The position numbers and the translations under genes are program-made. Positions 28,878 to 37,646 of a stretch of 37,646 nucleotides of DNA are shown here, piece after piece; within the stretch, counting starts at the first letter, position 1, and every line of letters begins with the position of its first letter. The DNA comes from Solirubrobacteraceae bacterium. GTDB taxonomy: Bacteria; Actinomycetota; Thermoleophilia; Solirubrobacterales; Solirubrobacteraceae. The stretch spans positions 1 to 37,646 of the forward strand of contig DASUDH010000080.1 of the NCBI GenBank assembly GCA_036275675.1, written 5' to 3'. The notes beneath the pieces were generated by a model. That model saw only the letters and a program-made list of their open reading frames with translations, was not told the origin of the DNA and searched no databases.

Positions 28878-28905
28878 TCGTCGGCAAGATCCGTAGATCT
28901 ACTTA
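28878..28905 (-). promoter_or_regulatory. Sigma28 (FliA/WhiG)-like promoter candidate
   Basis: TAAG-N16-GCCGACGA on minus strand versus consensus TAAA-N15/16-GCCGATAA. Confidence 0.45.
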
Positions 28906-28975
28906 GCCGAGCGGGGTGTAGTAGAACGGATGTCCAGTCACGAAAGCGGGCACAGCCGCTGACCGGTTCCGCCGT

Positions 28976-29905
28976 TCAGCTGAGTCCCGCGAGACGGAGC
29001 GCGCAGCCGCGCAGGATATCGTGCTCTGAAACCTCTACCTGATCCAGGCCGAAGGCTCTCATGGCCTCCTCCAGCAGGATCATCCCCGCGACGATCGTGG
29101 GCGCGCGGTCTGGGTGCAGGCCCACGACCTGACGGCGCTGGGCTTCGGTCATGTCGGCGAGCCGGGCGATCAGCAGCTCCACCGTTGCGAGCAGCAGCGG
29201 ATAGCCGTGCACACGCTCCGGGTCATACGGGTCGAGCTCCTGGTCGATCGCGGCTGCCGAGGTGGCGGTCCCCGCGACCGCTATGCCGCGCGTGACCGCG
29301 GCGCGTCGCTCGGCGGGGAGGCCGTCGAGGAAGATCGCGCGCGTGTCGGCAGCGAGGTCCTGCAGCTCGCTCGGGGCGGGCGGGTCTGTGTGGATGTGAC
29401 GCTCGCTCATGCGCAACACACCGGCCTGCACGGACACGTGGAAGGAGGCGGTGTGGTAGGCGCCGACGATGAACTCGGTCGAGCCCCCGCCGATGTCGAT
29501 CACGACCGTCGGCTCCGACGAGGAGCCGTCACGGTCGCTCATCGCGCCGAGGAATGTCAGCTGGGCCTCCTCGTCACCGGAGAGGACACGCGCGTCGAGA
29601 CCGAACTCATGGCGCACGCGCTCGGTGAACTCGGCGCCGTTGGAGGCATCGCGGACAGCGGAGGTGAGCACCGCGAGGTTCGTCTCGCAGCCGAAGCGGT
29701 CGATCGTGACGCGATAGTCGGAGAGCGTGGCCAGCACACGCCCGATCGCCTCTTCGGAGAGCCTGCCGCCCGCATCGACCCGATCGCCGAGGCGCGTGAC
29801 CTGGGACTCGCGGTGCAGTTCGACTACCTCACCAGACACGGGGTCGACATCCGCGACCAAGAGACGGGTTGAGTTCGTGCCGATGTCGACTACAGCCGTG
29901 CGCAC
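28976..29905 (-). CDS. ppx: Ppx/GppA phosphatase (short form)
   Basis: AVVDIGTNSTRL, TSAVRDASN, GDEEA, DIGGGSTE, GTAT, RAPTIVAG; GTG 29905 after TACGAT -10. Confidence 0.92.
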   Translation of the reverse strand: MRTAVVDIGTNSTRLLVADVDPVSGEVVELHRESQVTRLGDRVDAGGRLSEEAIGRVLATLSDYRVTIDRFGCETNLAVLTSAVRDASNGAEFTERVRHEFGLDARVLSGDEEAQLTFLGAMSDRDGSSSEPTVVIDIGGGSTEFIVGAYHTASFHVSVQAGVLRMSERHIHTDPPAPSELQDLAADTRAIFLDGLPAERRAAVTRGIAVAGTATSAAAIDQELDPYDPERVHGYPLLLATVELLIARLADMTEAQRRQVVGLHPDRAPTIVAGMILLEEAMRAFGLDQVEVSEHDILRGCALRLAGLS

Positions 29906-29960
29906 CAGGCGAGGATCGTAGAGGCAATAGGCTTCAGAGAGGCGAACGAAGGAAGTTGCT

Positions 29961-30674
29961 ATGGGCGACAGTGGTGGCGTGGCGCTGGTGACAGGAGCCA
30001 ACCGGGGGATTGGCCGCGAGGTCGCCCGCCAGCTCGCCGAGGGCGGCCACATGGTGCTACTCAGCGCCCGCAATGGTGAGCAGGCGGCAGCGGCTGCGGC
30101 AGAGGTAGAAGAGAGCAGCGGTGGGACGGTGGTCCCCTTGACGCTCGACGTGAGCAGCCCGGCGAGCATCGAGCACGCGGCCGAGCGCGTGAAGGCAGAT
30201 CCGGGACGGCTCGACGTGCTCGTGAACAATGCCGGCGTCGGCCTCGACTTCGGCGTCTCAGGGACAGCGCCCGACTTCGAGAAGATCCAACACACGCTCG
30301 AGACGAACTTCTTCGGCGCCTACCGTCTCACGATCGCCCTGCTTCCCTTGCTCCGAGGCAGCGAGCACCCGAGGATCGTGAACGTGTCGAGCGGGATGGG
30401 AGGGGTGGCCGAGATGGGCGGGTGGTCGCCCGGATACAGGGTGTCGAAGGCATCGCTCAACGCCATTACACGCATCCTCTCGACGGAGCTGGCCGATGAC
30501 GGATTCAAGGTCAACTCGGCGTGCCCCGGGTTCGTAAAGACCGACATGGGCGGACCGATGGGAGCGCAGAAGCCCGTCGAGGATGGGGCAGCTGGGATCG
30601 TATGGCTTGCGACGTTGCCCGACGATGGGCCGACGGGAGGGTTCTTTAGAGACGGGGCGCCGGTGGTGTTCTGA
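29961..30674 (+). CDS. Classical SDR oxidoreductase (carbonyl reductase-like)
   Basis: TGANRGIG, NNAG, NVSS, YRVSK, CPGFVKTDM; AAGGA SD. Confidence 0.92.
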   Translation: MGDSGGVALVTGANRGIGREVARQLAEGGHMVLLSARNGEQAAAAAAEVEESSGGTVVPLTLDVSSPASIEHAAERVKADPGRLDVLVNNAGVGLDFGVSGTAPDFEKIQHTLETNFFGAYRLTIALLPLLRGSEHPRIVNVSSGMGGVAEMGGWSPGYRVSKASLNAITRILSTELADDGFKVNSACPGFVKTDMGGPMGAQKPVEDGAAGIVWLATLPDDGPTGGFFRDGAPVVF

Positions 30675-30779
30675 GACCAAGCAGCTTCATGCAGAGCGCC
30701 GGCCGAGCAAGCATCGTGAGGGGATGAGGCGCCCAGACCTTTTAGGGACGCGTTCTTTTTGCTAGAACATGAGATGCGA

Positions 30780-32512
<1,733 letters not shown>

Positions 32513-32516
<4 letters not shown>

Positions 32517-32860
32517 TGATTGCCTCCCTGCTGTGAGTTGTTTTCTCTGCTGCGGCGCACGTGATCGGCCAGCAGGTCGAGCAACGCGCGGGTCTGCTCG
32601 CGGCGCAACTGCTCATCGAGCGGAGTGCCGGGCTTGGTGTACTTGACGGACACAACGATCGGCGCCCCGTCTAGCGGGTCACTTGCCGCCGGCTTCCGTA
32701 TTGAAGTTGCGTGGTTTCGGGGTGCGCCATCGGTTCCGATCAGAGCAGAACATGGCCGTGATCTCAAGCGCCCGGATGGCGCCGCCGATCGGGTGGCCGG
32801 ATGGCCGCCCCGGCGCGGTTTTCTCGGGGTTTGATGGGATGCCTTTCGCGCGGTGTTCAT
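32513..32860 (-). CDS. Small basic protein, possible recombination directionality factor (true start may be downstream)
   Basis: Stop overlaps integrase GTG (GTGA); starts 3 nt after MTase stop; C-terminal helix EQLRREQTRALLDLL. Confidence 0.5.
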
Positions 32861-32863
32861 CGC

Positions 32864-33853
32864 TTACGCCGCCTTTCTGCCGGCGGTTTGGGTAGCCGCG
32901 TCAGGCTTGCGGAACACGAGCACGTCCTCGTGCGCGACTACATGGGTACGCTCGCCATGCGAGCGGGCACGCCGCACGTTGAGCACCTGCCACAGAGAAG
33001 GGCGCATCACTAGCTCGCTCTCGTGGATCGTCGCCAGCAGGCCGATGACGCGCTGCCAGTAGCGCAGGCCGGCGTCCTGGCATAGCTGGATCGTGTCGCC
33101 GCTGAGGTTGCGAAGCGCACCGTCTGAGCGCATGTCCTTGGTAACGAGCACGAGAAAGCCGCCGGGCCGCAGCACGGCGGCGCACGCTGCGTACACGTCG
33201 GCCATCGCGGCGAGATAGGCGTCACCGCGAGCGTGTCCGAGGTTGCTCCGGTCGGGGCTGTAGTTGCTCGTGTCCTCCCGCCTGAGCGCTCCCGTATGGG
33301 TGAGCATGTTCTCGGCGAACACGGTCGCTACTTGGCAGGCGTAGGGCGGCGAGGTGACGATGAGATCGACTTGCCGATGTCCGTCTGCGAGCAGTCGTGG
33401 CGCGAATCGTGCGTCGCCTTGGATGACGTGCGCGGGGGAGCTGGCGCCTTGGTGGTGCGCGTGCTCGACGTTGGCGCGTGCGAGCTTCGCCCATCGGGGG
33501 TCCAGCTCTACCCCGATCGCTTGGCGGCCTGTGTGGATTGCCTCCACGAGCGTTGTGCCGATCCCGCACATGGGGTCGAGGATCAGCTCGCCGGGCTCGC
33601 TGTATGCCTCGATCGCTTGGCGCGCGAGCGCGGGGAGCATCTTGGCGGGGTGGCGGTTTGACTCGGGAAGGTAGCGGCGATGGCGCTGCCACTGGCTTGT
33701 CGTCTGCGCGCACGCCCACACAGCCAGCGGGAGATCGTTTGAGAGGTACTGCGAGCGTGGCCTTATTCGTATTCGTCGTCGCTGCGCCGGACAGCGTTGG
33801 TCGGGTGCGCGACGAGTCGTGAGCGGGATTACCTTTTGGGTCTGTGGGCTCAT
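32864..33853 (-). CDS. Orphan amino-DNA methyltransferase (SPPY, probably m4C)
   Basis: HPAKM, ILDPMCGIGTT (motif I), GVELD, IVTSPPY (motif IV), LRPGG. Confidence 0.88.
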   Translation of the reverse strand: MSPQTQKVIPLTTRRAPDQRCPAQRRRIRIRPRSQYLSNDLPLAVWACAQTTSQWQRHRRYLPESNRHPAKMLPALARQAIEAYSEPGELILDPMCGIGTTLVEAIHTGRQAIGVELDPRWAKLARANVEHAHHQGASSPAHVIQGDARFAPRLLADGHRQVDLIVTSPPYACQVATVFAENMLTHTGALRREDTSNYSPDRSNLGHARGDAYLAAMADVYAACAAVLRPGGFLVLVTKDMRSDGALRNLSGDTIQLCQDAGLRYWQRVIGLLATIHESELVMRPSLWQVLNVRRARSHGERTHVVAHEDVLVFRKPDAATQTAGRKAA

Positions 33854-34773
33854 CCGTGATTTACCTTTCGGGGGTTGGCTGGTGTGTTGTCGAGCCAGTC
33901 GGTGAAGTGATCGGGCTGCTCGGCGGGTATGAAGATCGGCGCGAACGGGCCGCGTGCGGTCAGCTCCGCGAGCGTGGTGAAAGACGTGGGCACGGTCCCG
34001 TAGCGGCCTTGTGAGGGGTCGGAGCGGTGCAGCGCGATCGTCTTCTGCACGCGCCTACGTGCCGCTGTCGGGGTTTGGTCGGCTAGCACGACGAGCACCG
34101 GGGGAAACGTGCGGTAGTACGCTCGCCACAGCGGTCCCTCGGGGGTGTGGTTGCTGGGGCTGTAGTGGTTTAGCTGGGCATAGCGCGCGAGCTTCGCCGC
34201 GAGCTGCTCGGGCGGGATCGTCCCCCGGTCAAGCTCGATGAACCGCTGGTGAAGGATCAGCGACTGATCGGGCGCCGCTTGGAGGTAGGACAAAAGCGCG
34301 TCGGCGATCACCAAATGGGTGCCGTTGCTGCTGCGCCCGGCGGTGTAGGGGTGCGCTATCTCGTGGCGCCACGACAGCGGGCCGCAGCCGTCACCATCGC
34401 GCTCACGGGCAGCCTTGACGAACGCGATCCCGGTGTCATTGACCGCGATGGTGTGCGCGCGCAATGGCCCTGCCGCCTGCGCAGGGGTTGTGAGCCGGCG
34501 CCGAGGCTCGGCGAGAGTGCCGGCCGACTGGATAGTGTCGGCGCCCTGCGCGGTGAGAAACCACAGCGCGAGGCCGCGTGGCCCGTGGGCGTACTCGGCG
34601 AGGCCGCGCTGCTGTAGTTGATTGAGGATGAGCTGCGCCCACCGCAGCGACGTGGCCGGCGTGTGCAGCGCGTGGACTTGCCTCGCGGTGAGTACACGGT
34701 GCTGGTGCAAGCTCTCGAGCACGGCCACCGCGACGGCCGGGAGCGCCCCAAGCTCGGAGTCCGTCGTGCTCAT
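33850..34773 (-). CDS. Replication-relaxation (Replic_Relax, MOBC-like) relaxase
   Basis: N-terminal wHTH (HRVLTARQV..WFLTAQG), HTIAVND, W.HE, ADA...FIELDRGT...KLARY PD-(D/E)xK-like core. Confidence 0.82.
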   Translation of the reverse strand: MSTTDSELGALPAVAVAVLESLHQHRVLTARQVHALHTPATSLRWAQLILNQLQQRGLAEYAHGPRGLALWFLTAQGADTIQSAGTLAEPRRRLTTPAQAAGPLRAHTIAVNDTGIAFVKAARERDGDGCGPLSWRHEIAHPYTAGRSSNGTHLVIADALLSYLQAAPDQSLILHQRFIELDRGTIPPEQLAAKLARYAQLNHYSPSNHTPEGPLWRAYYRTFPPVLVVLADQTPTAARRRVQKTIALHRSDPSQGRYGTVPTSFTTLAELTARGPFAPIFIPAEQPDHFTDWLDNTPANPRKVNHG

Positions 34774-37394
34774 TCCGTGTCCTCGGGGTCGGGGAGCTTC
34801 GGCAGCGCAGCACGTCCCGGCGTGCTCGCCTTCGCCGTGTCGCCGGCTTTCGTGGCGAGGTGAGCGCGTATGCGTTCGTCGAGGGTGTCGAGCGCCCGGA
34901 TCGTCTCGGCGGCGCTGGCGCGGCCGGATGCCTGGTCGATCGTGGCTTGTACGTCGGCGACGTGCTCGGGGTGATGAGCGTCGGCGAACAGCTCAGTGAC
35001 GGCAAGGTTCTCGAACTGGAACGGGCGGGTTAGCTCGCCGTGATGCGTCGCCTGCGCGATGAACGTGTGGCGCGGCAGGTTGGTGATCGCGCTCGCTGGC
35101 GGCTCCGATGCCCACTCGCGGGTAATCAGGGCGGCGGCGTGCGCGTTCAGAGCTGTGACGATTAGGTGCGAGCGGTTGGTCGTCAGCGCGTTCAGCGTCG
35201 CTTGTGTTAGCCGCTCGGGGTTCTGATTCAGCAGCGTGGCGCGGACCCCGTACTTCGCTGTCTGCTCCAACAGCGCGGCGAGGTTCCCCGACGATGCGCC
35301 GTCGTAGGTCTGGACCTCATCGAGCGTGACGTAAAACTCGCGGCGCCGCTCGGGCGGAATGTGCGCGCGGCCCTTCGCGGCGTGCAAAAGGTCGAACACG
35401 ATCAGGTTCGCCACGAGCCGATCGCGGGCGCCCCCGGCGCCGGGGCACGCGAGCACGATCCGCCCCTCGCTCATCGCACGCGCTATGTCGTAGGTCGTGT
35501 GCTGGGAGCCGAGCAAAGCGGCGAGCTGTGTGGATGAGCGCAGCCTGTCGATCAGGTTCGTGACCGGCGTGATCGCCTCCTCGGCCATCCGAGGGAACCG
35601 CTCGCTAAAGAACTGGCGGCGCGGAACTGAGAGGTACGGCAGGATCGCCTCTAGCCACTCGGGGTTGCCCAACAGCGTCGGGATTTGGAAGATCGTCGGC
35701 TGTAGCTCGGCGGGCAGGACGGTGGATAGCTCGATCAGCGCGGCCGTCGCCTGCGTGGTGAGCGTGAGCGCCCGGTTGTTTCGCTCGCCCCACTGCAACG
35801 CGCTTGCGAAGCTGTCAACGATCGCCTCGACCCGCCGCTCCCTCGCGTCGTCAGTGAGGCCGCGAGCGGCGAGCAAGTTCCAACCCGGCTGACCATCGCG
35901 TGAGCGGGCGCCGACGAGATCAAGCTCGATGATCCGCTGTGCGTGCTCGGGTTCGGTGAGGCAGCTCTTGATCCGGCGTATCGCGTCCTCGTGCGGGTCC
36001 AAGAACATGCCGCCGTGCCCGGAGCGCACAAGGCTTAGAAACTGTGTGATCGCAAGCTCGGTCTTTCCCCATCGGCTGCGGCCGGCGACGTAGGTAAAGA
36101 ACGTGTCCGGCAAGCGCAGCCCGACGAGCCGCTGCTCCCGCTCGCCGCTGACGCGGCCGAGCGGGAGCACGTCGCGCTGCCCGGTGTACTCGGGGAGATT
36201 GCGCGGCGGCGGGTACACAGCGGCGCCGAGGCGCAGCACGTCGGGCGCCGCACAGTTGATCGTCGGCGGCTTGAGAAACCCTGCTACCTCGCGGGCGCTA
36301 ACGACACCTTGACGGGCTGGGCGGAATAGCCCGGTGTCCATGCGCCGGTCAAACCACGAGCGGCGGCCGGGAAGATCGGAGCCAAGGAACGCAAGGCCCG
36401 CGAGCCGCACGCCGACGACGCGGAATGAGTTGGCGCCCGCCCATGCGTCGAGGCATCCGAGAATGGCTTGCAGCCGTTCGACGGCCATGCCCTTCACCGG
36501 GGCGTGGCAGCGCACGAGCACCTGTAGGTGAAACAGCGGCTCGTTCTGCAAGACCTTCGCGGCGATCTGCTCGCGCTGCGCGCGTTGCTCGACAACATCG
36601 GCCGCCGGCTGGCGCCCCACCTGCCGGCCACCAGCGAGCACGTCGAGCAGCCCGCCGCCGGCCATGTACGGGACGGCGGGGTGATCGCGCCGCGCCTGGC
36701 GCAGCAGGGAGCGCCGCAGCCGCCGCCGTGCCCCGGCGGTGCAAGGCAGGAGATCGACGGCGACCTGCGCTCGCTCACGGTCGGGGTCGAGGCCGGCGAG
36801 CGCTCGCGCGAAGCTCTGCAACGGATCGGGGTCGAGCGCGAGGTGCGCAAGCGGCTCGCTGCTTGACCGGGCAAGGCGCAGCTCGGCGCGCAACACAAAC
36901 CCTCCCTCGATCGGCGGCTCGGGGTCCGTGTGGCGGACCTGTACCCGGTCGTAGTTGCTGAGCGCCGAGCGGATCGCGGGCAGGGCGCGCTCGGGCACCA
37001 CCAGCGAATAGCGCATCGCGCCATCAGCCGAGCCGTCGAGCAGCACCCGCACGGCGCTCGCGCGGGGATCGAGCCAGCCGCCGACGAGCCGCCGGACACG
37101 GGAAAGCTGGGAGGCACATCGGAGTACACCGTCGAGCGTCGGCGAGAAGCTATCCGGGGCGAGTACCACGAGCCGCACACGCCCGGCAAGCGAACGACGA
37201 GTCACGACGACACGACACGTGAGCGCCGCTATGGCAACCACGGCTGTCGGTGCCGCCACATACAGAGTCAGCGATCCGGTGTGCTGGGCTACCCATGCGG
37301 GAAGCTCACGGTTACGCACCAGTGCGAGCGCCACCAGCACGCCCACGACACCCATCAGCGGCCGAGCGTCCTGTGAGGGGCGGCCAGTCACCAC
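34770..37394 (-). CDS. VirD4/TraD-like type IV coupling ATPase with N-terminal TMs
   Basis: Two N-terminal TM helices, Walker A GRSRWGKT, FLDPH, Walker B VTLDEVQ, AKYG..LLNQ, ITNLPRH. Confidence 0.8.
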   Translation of the reverse strand: MVTGRPSQDARPLMGVVGVLVALALVRNRELPAWVAQHTGSLTLYVAAPTAVVAIAALTCRVVVTRRSLAGRVRLVVLAPDSFSPTLDGVLRCASQLSRVRRLVGGWLDPRASAVRVLLDGSADGAMRYSLVVPERALPAIRSALSNYDRVQVRHTDPEPPIEGGFVLRAELRLARSSSEPLAHLALDPDPLQSFARALAGLDPDRERAQVAVDLLPCTAGARRRLRRSLLRQARRDHPAVPYMAGGGLLDVLAGGRQVGRQPAADVVEQRAQREQIAAKVLQNEPLFHLQVLVRCHAPVKGMAVERLQAILGCLDAWAGANSFRVVGVRLAGLAFLGSDLPGRRSWFDRRMDTGLFRPARQGVVSAREVAGFLKPPTINCAAPDVLRLGAAVYPPPRNLPEYTGQRDVLPLGRVSGEREQRLVGLRLPDTFFTYVAGRSRWGKTELAITQFLSLVRSGHGGMFLDPHEDAIRRIKSCLTEPEHAQRIIELDLVGARSRDGQPGWNLLAARGLTDDARERRVEAIVDSFASALQWGERNNRALTLTTQATAALIELSTVLPAELQPTIFQIPTLLGNPEWLEAILPYLSVPRRQFFSERFPRMAEEAITPVTNLIDRLRSSTQLAALLGSQHTTYDIARAMSEGRIVLACPGAGGARDRLVANLIVFDLLHAAKGRAHIPPERRREFYVTLDEVQTYDGASSGNLAALLEQTAKYGVRATLLNQNPERLTQATLNALTTNRSHLIVTALNAHAAALITREWASEPPASAITNLPRHTFIAQATHHGELTRPFQFENLAVTELFADAHHPEHVADVQATIDQASGRASAAETIRALDTLDERIRAHLATKAGDTAKASTPGRAALPKLPDPEDTE

Positions 37395-37550
37395 AAGTCA
37401 CCACAGAGAGAGATCTCGAAAAACGCGAAGCCGCGCAATCCCGCACCAGCAAGCCGGAAACCGGGCATCGCCTCACCCGCGAGGGTGAACCTCAGCGCGA
37501 AGCGCAGCGCGAACCTCAGCGCGAAGTGCAGCGCGAACCTCAGCGCGAAC
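37386..37550. repeat. Repeat/hairpin cluster: candidate oriT
   Basis: Five 12-bp units GAA(CCT/GCG/GTG)CAGCGC at 37487-37546; hairpins TCACCC-GCGA-GGGTGA (37473-37488) and CCGG-AAA-CCGG (37454-37464); AGTCACCACA x2 (37386-37405). Confidence 0.7.
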
Positions 37551-37572
37551 ACATACGATCGCCGCCGGGCGC

Positions 37573-37644
37573 TCACGAGCTTGCGCCCTTCGCGTGCGGC
37601 GTGGGTGGCTGCGCGTACCCGTAGACGGGTGCGGACTCGCCGAC
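37573..37644 (-). CDS. 3' end of an upstream element gene (possibly CHAP/NlpC-type cell-wall hydrolase)
   Basis: Frame reads VGESAPVYGYAQPPTPHAKGASS*; only 23 aa visible. Confidence 0.3.
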   Translation of the reverse strand, partial: VGESAPVYGYAQPPTPHAKGASS

Positions 37645-37646
37645 TG

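Noticed and set aside
28672-28975. Plus-strand CsrB-like GGA sponge
   Set aside because: About eight GGA in 300 nt is near chance for this composition, and most are not ANGGA in loops
29906-30295. N-terminal extension of the ppx ORF
   Set aside because: Antisense of the SDR gene; Ppx homology starts at GTG 29905
30715-30730. 15/16 match CGTGAGGGGATGnGGC shared with 28831-28846
   Set aside because: A match of this length is plausible by chance in GC-rich DNA; no other sign of a duplication or att pair
37487-37550. CRISPR array
   Set aside because: 12-bp contiguous tandem units without unique spacers; no cas genes in window

Overview
High-GC actinobacterial DNA. Gene content and order suggest Thermoleophilia/Solirubrobacterales; this is an inference. 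Bases 1-30.8 kb are mostly core chromosome: metG(partial)-tatD-rsmA-ispE, a PucR/CdaR regulator, a small TetR-controlled membrane-protein cluster, a CAP-domain gene, tRNA-Gln(TTG), glmU-prs-rplY-pth-mfd-prsA-eno-ftsB-like, csrA, a DUF2090 aldolase, a rhomboid-like protein, an MBL hydrolase, a membrane-tethered ECF sigma/ZAS fusion, a ThDP enzyme, ppx/gppA and an SDR. At initiator tRNA-Met (30780-30853) an integrative, probably conjugative or mobilisable element begins and runs off the window. It is one minus-strand, tightly coupled operon: VirD4-like ATPase, Replic_Relax/MOBC-like relaxase, orphan SPPY DNA methyltransferase, small ORF, then a large serine recombinase whose C-terminus and stop codon are read from the antisense of the tRNA. 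A repeat/hairpin-rich oriT candidate lies upstream. Other notable signals: a candidate sigma28-driven multi-hairpin C-rich sRNA (28.7-28.9 kb), pth with no canonical start codon in frame behind the rplY TAG, a catalytically dead Zn-ribbon rhomboid, a 163-bp MITE-like element, and a strongly G-skewed tatD-rsmA-ispE block. All calls are by eye from motifs; no database searches were run.
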